The notes under the pieces were generated by a model, which did no database searches, was not told the DNA's origin, and saw only the letters and a list, made by a program, of their open reading frames with translations. Below, piece by piece: positions 9,421 through 19,391 of a DNA stretch of 62,042 bases. Every line of letters starts with the position of its first letter. Position 1 is the first letter of the stretch. The stretch is taken from sequence record NZ_CP117297.1; one strand, 5' to 3'. The translations under genes were made by a program, and so were the position numbers. The DNA is from a plasmid.

Positions 9421-9674
9421 TTTACGGTCAAGTCCAAAATGTTGGTGTAAATTAAATTCCGCGAATTTATCATTTCACAAACTTAAGCTTACCGTCTTCT
9501 TCTGAGGTGGCATCTTTTTCAATCCTGTCATGACACTTTAGCTCAATGTTCAACTAAATTTAACATACTTTGGAAGGCTTTTCCAATTTACACAAAATTA
9601 TTGACACTCTCAGAGCTTTCCCCAGCCACTAAAATTTAACTTGTAGCTGTGTTAATTTGATGGAGTTAACCTTC

Positions 9675-12221
9675 TCAGGATCTCTTTTTGAAAAAAGAAG
9701 CTAGCTGAGTGAATCCCAAGAACGAAACCATGGCTAACAAAATCGTCCCCAGCATCCTTTGCTTGGTATCTTTCTCGTCCCCAGTTTGAGGAAGGCGTTT
9801 TTCATTAGTTGGTTGGGTTACGGTAGAAGTCTGCCGTATCGCTTTTACAGGGCTAGGTTTTGTTGGCTCTGCTGGCTTGTTTGGTTCAGTTGGCTTATTT
9901 GGCTCCGCTGGCTTATCCGGCACCGTCTCTTTAGCAACCTTCACTACTTTGGCTAAATGCCACTCAGCACTTGGGACCTCGGGAGCTTGCGGTTTTTCAC
10001 CCGGCTTCTCATGGTCAAATTCTGGTTTCGGTGCGGTTGGCGATTTAACAGTTTCCAATTTCGAAACCGTGAGCTGGTTGTATTCAACATTCGCAGTCGG
10101 CTTAACAGGTTGTGCCGGTGGATTACCAGGATCTTGCGGAACGGCAATCGATGAATTGATGTTAAACCAGTAAGAGGTGTTAAAGTCTGGCGTATTACCG
10201 CTGACATCAAATTCAATAGAGTCCCCGGTTAGCTTCATCGCCCCGGCCCCGTAGTACTTGTTTACCGGCCACTTGCCGTCGTTGACGCTTGGCACATCAT
10301 CCCATCCAACGGTTTTCGACGCCGCAACCCAATTCTGGGCCCCGCCATGGGCTAAGATATATTTATTATTGGTAATGTCTGAATCAGAAGTGTAGAAGGT
10401 TTCGCCCGTCTGCTTGTTTACGTACCCATACATATCATCAGCATCAAACTTTGCACCTTCGGAAACCCTTTGGTTACTATTGACCGAGTAAACCCAGCCG
10501 TTCTCATTAAGGGTTACTGACGAACCAGGAATACCCACAAATTCATTATTACCAATGTTAACCCTTTCCAAGTGGTTCATCTGAATGGTTTCTTGCTGCC
10601 CACTATCGCTAATGTATGGAATGGTCGTGTAGTGGTTCAAGGATGCTAAGCTCAAAACGGCCTTCCCGTCTGAGGTATCAAACTTATTACCGTCGCTACC
10701 ATAGAAGGCAATTGTCATCTTAACTCGTAAATGATTATTAGGGTCGGTGGAGTTGCTTCCCACCCAGATGGTTTCGGTTGGGTCGTGCATAATCTGAGCC
10801 ATGACTTCATCTGTGCCGTCAGATGAGCTCTCCAGTTCATACTTATAAACGACATGATCAATCGGCTTCCCATTGTACGTCGCCCCGGTAAGGTTGTGGT
10901 AGGTGACGGTCACCGGCTGGCCCTTTTTTAAGACGATCCAAGTATTCTCGGCTTCTCCATGAGGATTGTTCTGCTGGTAAGCTGTTTTATTGCCACTGGC
11001 ATCCTGCATGGCATCAAGAGCTGCTTTATCAAAACGGCTAATGACGTCTTTGCTATTAAGCTGATCCGATACTTCCTTCGTCATGTAGATATCGGCCCCT
11101 TCAATCGTCATCGTCGCATCCTTTTGCTGTTCAAAAACCAGGCCTTGCGCGGCCACTACTGCCCCGGCCCCTTGCGATTCCGCGGCTTGTTTTTGATATT
11201 CCTTAAAGGCCTTGTCCTCTTCATCCCACTTCTTTTTCTGATCAGCGTAGACGGCCATTTGCGCTTCATAGTTACTAAGTGCCTGCTGGTATTCAGTGAT
11301 TGCCTTGTTGATCGCCTCTGTCATCGTGGCGTACTTGCTCAAAGCATCAGCACTACTATCAGCTTCGGATGAATCGTTCTGGTTAACAGTCATGCCCAGC
11401 TGCTGGGCTTCCTTAATAGCCTTCTCCAGTTCGGTTGGTAATTTAACCGTCGCGCTAGTTACCGTTTCTTCATTCCCATTACTGCTCGTAGTGGTTTGGG
11501 AAACATCGGTTAAATTACTATCGTTCTTAAAGTCAGCAAGGTTTTGAGCATTTCTTTCTTTGTAGCGCTGGTATTCCGCTTGCTCCTGATTGTACTTTGC
11601 TAACGCCTGTTCATATTCTTGCTTAGCAACCTGGTAGCTATTAACCGTATCGTTGTATTTCTTCAGTGAATTCTGGAAGGCTTGAACGGCTTGCTTATAA
11701 TCACTGGTTGTCTTGTTAAGATTGTTAATTTGGTTAGCGTAGTCATTACCAGCCGCCTGAACATTGTCATACGTTTGGTCGGCGGTCTGGGTCGTCTTTA
11801 CGCCGGCAGCATTGGCCTTATTAACTTCTGAATTAAGGGACGCCGCTTGATCATTGGTGGATAAATTGGTTTTGGGATCTAACGTTCCGGTCGTTGTCGT
11901 GGTGGTCGTTGTCCCCTGGCTATCCTTCGTGGTGGTTGTTGTGGTCGTCTTATCAATTAAGTTACCGTCACTTGCCTGATTACCGGCGACCCTGACATCA
12001 TCCGTAGAAGCCGAAGACGACGCACTAGCCCCGCTGGTTTGAACACTGGCAGCGGGGCTAGTATTACTTTCCGAAGAGGTTGCGGCGTGGACTTGAGGCG
12101 AGCTCAATACAAAAGGAAACAGGGCAACCGACGCTACTCCAATGCTGAGCTTCCTAAGCGAGTAACGCGTAACCTGTTCCCGATACTTTTCCTCTTTTAA
12201 GCGATAATTCTTCTTCCCCAT
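9675..12221 (-). CDS. LPXTG-anchored surface adhesin with YSIRK-type signal peptide; antigen I/II- or GbpC-like
   Basis: 848 aa. YSLRKLSIGVASV signal motif. Thr-rich linker. Ala-rich heptad region (YQVAKQEYEQALAKYNQEQAEYQRYK) resembling the AgI/II A-region. Globular middle domain. Pro-rich repeats (PNKPAEPTKP). C-terminal LPQTG plus a hydrophobic/charged tail. Confidence 0.55.
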   Translation of the reverse strand: MGKKNYRLKEEKYREQVTRYSLRKLSIGVASVALFPFVLSSPQVHAATSSESNTSPAASVQTSGASASSSASTDDVRVAGNQASDGNLIDKTTTTTTTKDSQGTTTTTTTTGTLDPKTNLSTNDQAASLNSEVNKANAAGVKTTQTADQTYDNVQAAGNDYANQINNLNKTTSDYKQAVQAFQNSLKKYNDTVNSYQVAKQEYEQALAKYNQEQAEYQRYKERNAQNLADFKNDSNLTDVSQTTTSSNGNEETVTSATVKLPTELEKAIKEAQQLGMTVNQNDSSEADSSADALSKYATMTEAINKAITEYQQALSNYEAQMAVYADQKKKWDEEDKAFKEYQKQAAESQGAGAVVAAQGLVFEQQKDATMTIEGADIYMTKEVSDQLNSKDVISRFDKAALDAMQDASGNKTAYQQNNPHGEAENTWIVLKKGQPVTVTYHNLTGATYNGKPIDHVVYKYELESSSDGTDEVMAQIMHDPTETIWVGSNSTDPNNHLRVKMTIAFYGSDGNKFDTSDGKAVLSLASLNHYTTIPYISDSGQQETIQMNHLERVNIGNNEFVGIPGSSVTLNENGWVYSVNSNQRVSEGAKFDADDMYGYVNKQTGETFYTSDSDITNNKYILAHGGAQNWVAASKTVGWDDVPSVNDGKWPVNKYYGAGAMKLTGDSIEFDVSGNTPDFNTSYWFNINSSIAVPQDPGNPPAQPVKPTANVEYNQLTVSKLETVKSPTAPKPEFDHEKPGEKPQAPEVPSAEWHLAKVVKVAKETVPDKPAEPNKPTEPNKPAEPTKPSPVKAIRQTSTVTQPTNEKRLPQTGDEKDTKQRMLGTILLAMVSFLGFTQLASFFKKRS

Positions 12222-12407
12222 AATAATGTCTGCTCCTTTCTAAAAATCCGATTCTACATTGTCTAACTAATCAGCAACCGTAATACGTAATATATGATCA
12301 GTAGTGGAAAGGTTCTTGTTCTTTTTATCAGAATCAGTATTTGTTCAACTATATTTTATGATATTTTTTCATCAAGTTCTATCCAAAATAAGTTATTTTT
12401 AATTAAA

Positions 12408-12650
12408 TTGGGTACACTCAAATTTAACAATTAATCCTATATGGTTTAATCAGGATCCACCGTATATTTGAAGAGGATTCTATGTATTTAGAGATAATTT
12501 ATGTTACAATTTAAGTGTCTAAACTAAGTGTACCCTAAATGGATAATAAACATTATACTAGGAACATAGGGAAAAAACGAGATTCTATTGGGTATGGTAA
12601 GCGATTCTTGAATCTGTTAGAAAATGTCCAATTTGAGTGTCTAATCTATT
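12408..12650. promoter_or_regulatory. Candidate res / recombination site region upstream of the resolvase gene
   Basis: AT-rich. Inverted repeats gggtacactcaaattt (12411) and aatttgagtgtctaa (12631), with a central taagtgtctaaactaagtgtaccctaaatgg. Confidence 0.3.
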
Positions 12651-12690
12651 ACCAATAGCATAGGGTAAATTTTCGAGAGGAGAAGTAGTG

Positions 12691-13308
12691 ATGAAAATTG
12701 GATATGCCAGGGTTAGTTCAACTGATCAGAATTTATCGCGTCAAATCAAATCACTTAAAAAAGCTAAGTGTGAAAAAGTATTCGAAGAAAAGCAATCGGG
12801 GAAATCAACCGAAAATCGACCAGAATTACAGGCCGCCATTGCGTATGTTCGGCAGGGTGATACATTAGTTATTTCGTCCTTGGATCGCTTGAGTCGTAAC
12901 TATGATGATGCTAGTGATATCATCAAGCAGATCAGAGACAAACAAGTTAAAATGGAAGTCTTAGATGCGCCATTTCTGTCTATGCGAACCGGCGATTCAG
13001 ATATGGATAAATTTATGTTTGACCTATTGACCAAGCTGCTAGCTTATATGGCCCAGACGGAGAGAAAGAAAATTCGCGAGCGTCAACGACAAGGAATTGA
13101 AATTGCCAAAGCCAATGGGAAATATCGGGGAACTCGTCCCGCCTATGCCGCAGACGCACCTAATCCACAAAAACGATTTATTTATCGTTGTATCGTTAAT
13201 CAGTTAAAAAACAAAGCAGCTGGTGCTCCAATTAGCTATCGTGCGATTGCGGCTGAAACTGGTGTATCGGCGCAGACAGTGATTAATATTAAAAATAGGT
13301 TGGTATAG
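12691..13308 (+). CDS. Small serine recombinase / resolvase
   Basis: N-terminal YARVSSTDQ catalytic serine motif and C-terminal HTH. RBS gaggag lies 8 nt upstream of ATG 12691. Confidence 0.8.
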   Translation: MKIGYARVSSTDQNLSRQIKSLKKAKCEKVFEEKQSGKSTENRPELQAAIAYVRQGDTLVISSLDRLSRNYDDASDIIKQIRDKQVKMEVLDAPFLSMRTGDSDMDKFMFDLLTKLLAYMAQTERKKIRERQRQGIEIAKANGKYRGTRPAYAADAPNPQKRFIYRCIVNQLKNKAAGAPISYRAIAAETGVSAQTVINIKNRLV

Positions 13309-13532
13309 CTGTTAAATAAGTGCTATCCCTCACGATTAGATAGCATATGATCATAGGTTATATTGTTCCGCCACTTTCAGCTAATTTAAAGTACTAAAAA
13401 ATAGCCCCTACTTAGCCACTTGGCTAAAGTAAGGGGTGTGTTTTGGCATTCTTAAGGTTCCATTTATCACATATGGTCCCTAAATTTAAAAGAGAGTCTT
13501 ATTAGTAAAGGATAGAGTGTAATTTTTACAGA

Positions 13533-14093
13533 TTACGTAGTAGTATACTTAAAAGGACAGTCTTCAATATGATCGTTAATTAGGCCTACCGCTTCAAGAA
13601 AGGAGTAGGTTGTTACCGGACTCATAAATTGAAAACCTATTTCTTTAAACTCTTTTGCTAGGTTTCGAGATAGTCTATTTTGGGTCGGTATGTCAGTAAA
13701 CTGTTGAGGGTGGTTAATGATTGGCTGTGGAATTAAGGTTGTTAGTACTGTACACAATTGATGCCCTTCACGGTGCATTTTCGTCATTACACGGGCATTA
13801 TTAATGGCGGCATCAATTTTTCGCTGATTACGAATGATTCCTCGGTTTTTCAGTAATTGCTTACGTTGATTACTGGTAAATTTTGCAACCCGCTCCACAT
13901 TAAAGCCTGCAAAGGCTTGTCGAAAATTTTCTCGCTTATCCAAGACTAATTGCCAACTAAGTCCCGATTGAAAGGATTCTAGAACCATCATCTCATATAA
14001 GTAATGCTCGTTAAGGTTCAGCTTACCCCATTCATGGTCATGATACTTCGTAAGGAGTGGAGCATCATCGTTTTTCGGAAAGCAGCGTTTCAT
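13533..14093 (-). CDS. tag: DNA-3-methyladenine glycosylase I
   Basis: 186 aa. YHDxEWG motif and a Tag-like pattern throughout (ESFQSGLSWQLVLDKRENFRQAF .. GLINDHIEDC). Confidence 0.75.
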   Translation of the reverse strand: MKRCFPKNDDAPLLTKYHDHEWGKLNLNEHYLYEMMVLESFQSGLSWQLVLDKRENFRQAFAGFNVERVAKFTSNQRKQLLKNRGIIRNQRKIDAAINNARVMTKMHREGHQLCTVLTTLIPQPIINHPQQFTDIPTQNRLSRNLAKEFKEIGFQFMSPVTTYSFLEAVGLINDHIEDCPFKYTTT

Positions 14094-14137
14094 TTAATTC
14101 CTCCTAATAGTAATTTTGATCAATTAGAATTTGAACA

Positions 14138-14164
14138 TAAAAAGGGCATCTGAAAAGATGCCCC
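14138..14164 (-). terminator. Rho-independent terminator downstream of the MFS gene
   Basis: gggcatc/gatgccc stem; on the minus strand it is followed by cttttt. Confidence 0.5.
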
Positions 14165-14278
14165 ATATTGTTGCTACTTTCTAAGAAGCAACCAAAAAAA
14201 CTGATTAAGTACATTAACATTTCAGCAAAACAAATCAGTGCCTGTCGCGTGTGACAGGTGTTTTTGTTAGTCTTAGAG

Positions 14279-15631
14279 TTATTTGAAACTATTTTTATTT
14301 AGGGCAAAATCTAGAGCTATTGCAATTATAATTAAGCATCCTGCAGTAATCCAACCAAGTTTAATAGCTGTTACTAGTTCATGAGACCACATGTTTAAAA
14401 ATACTGAACCTGTTGCTGTACCCATAGCAATAGCAACATTTTGAACCATTCGTTGGAGTGACCCAATAGTACCCTGTGAAGTGATATCAGTAGACTTCAT
14501 AATTACAGATATGTTCGCCGGTTGGAAATAGCCACCACCCACACCATAAATAAACAAACAAATTGTAACTAAAATATATGGTAAAGATGTTTGATATAGA
14601 CTCAAGAGTAGTAATGAACAAAGAATAATAGATAGTCCGACTTTAGAAAAGGAATTATCTTTCAAACCATTATTATGTGCACTAGATATTCTAGAAAATA
14701 AAACTAGACCTATAGGTGCACCTAGTACCAGTATACCCGTCAATCCTGAATTTAATTTAAAGACAGTTTCAAACAAATAAGGCGGCATAAGAAAGATTAT
14801 GGCTGAAGCAAAGCCAAAGGCAATCGTTTCATATAGATATACCAGTAGCGATTTATTCTGAATAAGATTTATTACATTGACAACAGGAGTTTCTTTATTT
14901 CTTTCTACTTTAAACAAAATAATTGCAGCTATTAAACTAGCAATTATTAATGCTATCCCAATAATACTATGTGAGCTTAGCAATGACAATCCACTAATAA
15001 GCAGTATCACAAATAGTCCATTAGTAAGACTTCCAGGGTAATCAATGTGTTTAGCGTATTTATTCTCAGAGATATTTGTAATTAATTTGTGATTACAAAT
15101 GAGTCCCAGAAGGACGAACGGAATGTTTAACCAGAATATTCCTCTCCAACTATTTAATGATAGTAGCAATCCACCTAATGAAGGACCAAGTACAGGACCG
15201 ACACCAATCATAATTCCTAAAACTCCGATAGCAGAACTGGATTTTTCAGCTGAAACTAAGGTAGTAATTAAAGAGGCTGATGTTGCTTGTAATGCAGCTG
15301 CACCAATACCTTGGAAAATTCGAAACATAATTAGCATTTGAATATTAGCTGAAAGCCCGCAAAGTAATGAGCTAAGCCCAAAAATTATCAGTCCAATATA
15401 CGAGAACGATAGTTTACCAAATTTATCACTAAGTAGTCCAAAAGGAAGAATAAAAACAGCAAGGCTAATAGTATAACCCGTAACTGCAATAGCAGCAATG
15501 TCTGCTGTAGTTTCAAAGTAAGATTTAAAAAATGGTAATGCAACATTGATAATCCCTGTATCTAATGTTGATAATAACATTCCTATGCCAGCAACTATAA
15601 CGACTAAATCATCTTTAGTTCTTATATTCAT
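14279..15631 (-). CDS. MFS transporter (12-14 TMS, drug:H+ antiporter-like)
   Basis: 450 aa and highly hydrophobic. AT-rich. Its start codon overlaps the stop of the upstream ThiF-like ORF (ATGA). Confidence 0.7.
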   Translation of the reverse strand: MNIRTKDDLVVIVAGIGMLLSTLDTGIINVALPFFKSYFETTADIAAIAVTGYTISLAVFILPFGLLSDKFGKLSFSYIGLIIFGLSSLLCGLSANIQMLIMFRIFQGIGAAALQATSASLITTLVSAEKSSSAIGVLGIMIGVGPVLGPSLGGLLLSLNSWRGIFWLNIPFVLLGLICNHKLITNISENKYAKHIDYPGSLTNGLFVILLISGLSLLSSHSIIGIALIIASLIAAIILFKVERNKETPVVNVINLIQNKSLLVYLYETIAFGFASAIIFLMPPYLFETVFKLNSGLTGILVLGAPIGLVLFSRISSAHNNGLKDNSFSKVGLSIILCSLLLLSLYQTSLPYILVTICLFIYGVGGGYFQPANISVIMKSTDITSQGTIGSLQRMVQNVAIAMGTATGSVFLNMWSHELVTAIKLGWITAGCLIIIAIALDFALNKNSFK

Positions 15632-15912
15632 AGCGTATTCTCCAGAAAGAATGAAAGTCTACCATCTTTTAATGTATCTGGGTCTGCTAATTTTAGATTT
15701 CGAACACCTATTCGAACTAACCGTTGTGCAAGTTGTCCTCCTATTCCACCAGTGCCTGCTATTCCAATTACAACATTTTTCAATTTTTCTTGTTTATTAT
15801 GTTGTTCCTGTTTGGTGTCACCGAGCCAACCCAAACTACGATTTACCCTTTCCCAATACATCTCTTCGTTTGGGATTGCTGTGTATTTTAAGTGCTTTTT
15901 GTCGTGAATCAT
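15628..15912 (-). CDS. Truncated ThiF/MoeB (E1-like) family protein, N-terminal 94 aa only
   Basis: Rossmann nucleotide-binding stretch VVIGIAGTGGIGGQLAQRLVRIGVRNLKLADPD is typical of ThiF/E1. Strong RBS aaggagg before the ATG. Ends after ~94 aa directly into the MFS start, so it is likely a deletion remnant. Confidence 0.5.
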   Translation of the reverse strand: MIHDKKHLKYTAIPNEEMYWERVNRSLGWLGDTKQEQHNKQEKLKNVVIGIAGTGGIGGQLAQRLVRIGVRNLKLADPDTLKDGRLSFFLENTL

Positions 15913-16008
15913 TATATTAATCCTCCTTGTTAGATTGTGCTAATTATGTTAATTTATATTCAATTAACAATCAATCGATTCAAGAAATATCGAATTAAAG
16001 AGGACAAA

Positions 16009-17115
16009 ATGACTATTAAGATAAACTTTAGTAAATACTCTACTGTAACAGACGAGACACTAACTCAAAGATTTCAGTTTGTTTATTCACCACTGAATGA
16101 ACTTCTTAGAAGTCTTCATGTCTTGATGAATCCTAGGCATCATGGGTTAGTTGTAGATTGGGCCTTAAAGACAATGGAACAATTAGATAAAGAGGATATT
16201 GATAATTTGTACTACTTTAGTCCTGTATATGAATTAGGTGTTCCTCCCACTGTACTTTGTAATTTTCAATACAATGCTAGTAATCTAAAGGATGAACTAT
16301 CCATGCTTCGCGCTTTTCTTAGTAGGCAAAGTAATGTAAATGGACTAATTAATGAGTTATCCACCTTAAATCACGATAGAAGTAACACGTTCATTCCAAA
16401 TTTAGCTAAAGGTCTTGAATGGCGGGATTTTTCTATTAACCGGAATTCATTACTTATAAAAGACCTTAGTGGCAACCCGCAAACTGTCATTAACCGTTTT
16501 TTTAAATTTATCGTTAAGTATAATGACAATGTTTTTTCTGCGGTTTGGGAAAAAAATAATATTAAAAAACTGTTATTTCAGGAAATCAAGATACGGGCGA
16601 ACTCAATTAATATTCATGGTATTCGAAGTACTATAGATGAATTGCAAGTAGCCCGTATGCACTGGAAAAATGGTACTTTAATTATTAATAAGCCTTTTGA
16701 GAGAGAAATTGATCTTAAAGATACTGACACAATTATGCTCATACCAAGTTTTTTTACTTGGCCTCATCTATTCGTTGATACATTTAAAAATGGAGTGGTC
16801 ATTACTTACGGACTACAAAAAAGAGCAGATCTAATTTATACACCAAAAGAACTATTATTAACTTTTAAGGCTCTTAGTGAACCAACCAGACTTCAGATCT
16901 TGAAAACCGTTTCGAAGTCACCTTGTACTACACAAGGACTGTCACAGCTTTTATCACTAGGTACCTCGACTGTATCCAGGCATTTACAAATATTAAAAGA
17001 AGCAAATTTACTAAGAACTACAAAACAAAAAAAGTTCGTTCTTTATCAAATAACAAATAGAATATTTGAGTTAATTCCTAATTTTTTAGATTTTATGAGA
17101 GATGATAACAAATGA
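16009..17115 (+). CDS. DUF5937-like domain fused to a C-terminal ArsR/SmtB-family wHTH regulator
   Basis: C-terminus LSEPTRLQILKTV..LSQLLSLGTSTVSRHLQILKEANLL matches the ArsR HTH. N-terminus (IKINFS..RFQFVYSPLNELLRSLHVL.NPRHHGL..W) resembles the DUF5937 pattern. RBS agagga precedes the ATG. Confidence 0.45.
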   Translation: MTIKINFSKYSTVTDETLTQRFQFVYSPLNELLRSLHVLMNPRHHGLVVDWALKTMEQLDKEDIDNLYYFSPVYELGVPPTVLCNFQYNASNLKDELSMLRAFLSRQSNVNGLINELSTLNHDRSNTFIPNLAKGLEWRDFSINRNSLLIKDLSGNPQTVINRFFKFIVKYNDNVFSAVWEKNNIKKLLFQEIKIRANSINIHGIRSTIDELQVARMHWKNGTLIINKPFEREIDLKDTDTIMLIPSFFTWPHLFVDTFKNGVVITYGLQKRADLIYTPKELLLTFKALSEPTRLQILKTVSKSPCTTQGLSQLLSLGTSTVSRHLQILKEANLLRTTKQKKFVLYQITNRIFELIPNFLDFMRDDNK

Positions 17116-17684
17116 GAGTTGTAAATAGTGCACTTACCTGTAATAAATGGTTGACTGTTAATGAACTGTCAAAAGTCTGCCATTTAAGCAGAGAAGAAGT
17201 AATAAGTCAACTTCAGTGTGATGAAACTATTATTTCATTACATTTTTACGGTAGATGGTATTACAAAAATAAAATGAGCTACAATGTAACGAAATTAGGT
17301 AATGCCAGTAATAACATGTTGGATAGTAGAAATACCATTAGTAATTTAGGAATTGCAAGAACCTGTTTACATCATCTTGGTGGAAAACTAGAGGTCACTA
17401 TTTTTAGGTATGCTGAGCTTAAACATCTAATCTTTACTTCTGACAAAGTTAACTATTCTTTTACTGAAAAAGGGAAAAATATATTCAGTAAGTTTTGTAA
17501 AGTAAACCAAACCACTGTACCCTGTTGCTTAGATTTCTCGGAGCGAAATTTTCATTTTGGAGGAAGAATAGGAAATGATCTTCTAAATTACTTATTGGAA
17601 AACGATTTGTGTAAGTTAACCGAAAGTCGAAAAGTAGACCTTTGTAAAGAGCCATCTAGTATTGTTCAGTCGGTTTTTACCTAA
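17112..17684 (+). CDS. Hypothetical Cys-rich protein with putative N-terminal HTH
   Basis: 190 aa. Start overlaps the upstream stop (ATGA). LTVNELSKVCHLSREEVISQL is HTH-like. A diverged paralog of its 3' end lies at 46930-47184. Confidence 0.35.
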   Translation: MRVVNSALTCNKWLTVNELSKVCHLSREEVISQLQCDETIISLHFYGRWYYKNKMSYNVTKLGNASNNMLDSRNTISNLGIARTCLHHLGGKLEVTIFRYAELKHLIFTSDKVNYSFTEKGKNIFSKFCKVNQTTVPCCLDFSERNFHFGGRIGNDLLNYLLENDLCKLTESRKVDLCKEPSSIVQSVFT

Positions 17685-17723
17685 GTTACGAAATAGGACT
17701 TTTAGTTTGGGTACTGTACCCTG

Positions 17724-18596
17724 TCAAGTTGACACATTAAATAATAAAAACTGGTTGGCCTTGCCGAAGCGGTATTCTGCTGCGGTAAGGTCATTTCTTT
17801 TGCCTGAAATAAAGGAATGCGTAAAGTAATCGATACCTTCTGTCACCAGCTGTTCTAAGTCTTCAAACGTTTGTGGTTGTGGTGAGTGTGCCAACCAGAT
17901 AGATTTAAAATCAGCCCACCAGTGCTCTATCACCGCATTATCAGCTGGCGTTCCTGGGGCTGAGTAACTATGTTGGCTGTTATTACTAGCAAAGTAGTGG
18001 TTGAATGCTTTGGAAGTATATGCTGCTCCGCGATCAGTGTGGATTAGCGGTGCCAGACCTCCGGCTTTCTGCTTGGCCATTTGAAATACTTTAATAGCCC
18101 CAGTACTCGTTTCTGTAGGCGTAATAATCCAGCTAAGTGGGTATTGACCGTATAGATCCAGGACAACGTGTAGACGGACTTTGTACTTACGAATGTTGTA
18201 GGCAATTTCCGTCGTGTCCGTCACCCACACCTGATTTGCGGCAGCTTGTTCAAACTGGCGGTTCAGGGTATTCTGTGCTTCATAAGTTTCCTGCTCCTGC
18301 ACACGTTTTCTCTTAGGCTGACGATAGTCCGCTTTAATACTGTGTTCCTTCGTAATGCGCATGACGCGCTTCTTGTTAACTGTGTATGATAATCTTTCCT
18401 GCTTTATCAAACGGGTCATCTTGTCATAACCAACGCAGTGTTTATGTTGTGCTTCTAACTGTTTAACGAGCTTTAGAATTTCTTGATCTTGAATATCATG
18501 AACCGTCGGTTCATGGGTAAGCCACTTGTAGTAAGCCTGCCGACTTACCCCGGCTGCTTTAACTAGATCAGATACCTTATACCCACTTTGGCTCAT
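17724..18596 (-). CDS. IS3-family transposase OrfB (integrase core)
   Basis: DDE-type rve domain (TDRGAAYTS .. HSYSAPGTPADNAVIEHWW). Confidence 0.8.
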   Translation of the reverse strand: MSQSGYKVSDLVKAAGVSRQAYYKWLTHEPTVHDIQDQEILKLVKQLEAQHKHCVGYDKMTRLIKQERLSYTVNKKRVMRITKEHSIKADYRQPKRKRVQEQETYEAQNTLNRQFEQAAANQVWVTDTTEIAYNIRKYKVRLHVVLDLYGQYPLSWIITPTETSTGAIKVFQMAKQKAGGLAPLIHTDRGAAYTSKAFNHYFASNNSQHSYSAPGTPADNAVIEHWWADFKSIWLAHSPQPQTFEDLEQLVTEGIDYFTHSFISGKRNDLTAAEYRFGKANQFLLFNVST

Positions 18597-19157
18597 TTCC
18601 TGAATCGCTTGATATCGTCCGGCCGTTCCACCTCCCGATTGTGTATTTCGACCAATTTTTTTGCGAAGGCAATCTGTACCTCCCGTTCCTTCGCTTTAGC
18701 TTTCAGCTGCCTTACTTCTTGTCGTAATCTTTCCACTTCATTGGTTGGTGTTTTGCCTTTATGGCAACCCCGGTTATCCTGAAGGGATTCCCAATCGTGA
18801 GTTCTTTGGTACTTTCGTACCCATGAATAGACCCGTTGATAGCTGACATTAAATTTTTCTGCCGCGGCTTGATAGTTATACTCGTGATCAATTGTCCATT
18901 GAGTAATTTGGCCGTTTCTCCTCAAAAGTAACTTTTCGGCCCACTTTCCTAGCTCGCTTTCTTGTTGCATAAGCAACACTTAATTGTCCACTATTGTACC
19001 GGACAATCCATTGATGTAGTTGGGAAAGACTACGAATTTGATATCTATTGAGAATTGCTTGGCCTGACAGGGTACCTGAAAGGTAAGCTTTAACGGCTGA
19101 TAGCTTGGTTTGAAGTGTGTACCTGTGATTGTGTTCAGGGCGAATCAATCCAGCCAA
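18593..19157 (-). pseudogene. IS3-family OrfA (HTH), split by a frameshift into two ORFs
   Basis: Two overlapping ORFs (18888-19157 and 18593-18979) both with transposase OrfA features. Confidence 0.6.
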
Positions 19158-19391
19158 ACCAGCCGTTAAAAATTATTTAATCCATCTGTTAAGGCTAGAG
19201 GTCCGCACCTGGTGATAACCCGCGTATACCCCGAGTGAGTAGTCTGAATCTTGGTAATTACTGAGTAACCTTAATTTTTCCGTCGTTGAATATGTTCTTA
19301 TTCAAAACACCCCCTAGAGATGACACTTTTATTATTTAAAGTGTCAACCCTAAGGGGTATTGTACGGTTATAAAAGAGTATGGTTTTATTT

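Larger units (their letters stand above)
17709..19372 (-). mobile_element. IS3-family insertion sequence (IS150-like) with frameshifted orfA
   Basis: orfB 17724-18596 (DDE integrase core). orfA split into 18593-18979 and 18888-19157. Imperfect terminal inverted repeats: tgtaccctgtcaagttgacac near 17715 and gggtattgtac..gtgtcaacc near 19330-19372. Confidence 0.7.

Noticed and set aside
9759-11547. Several 65-137 aa ORFs on the plus strand inside the adhesin gene region
   Set aside because: They are antisense to and nested within a long, well-supported minus-strand adhesin CDS, and have no RBS or motifs.
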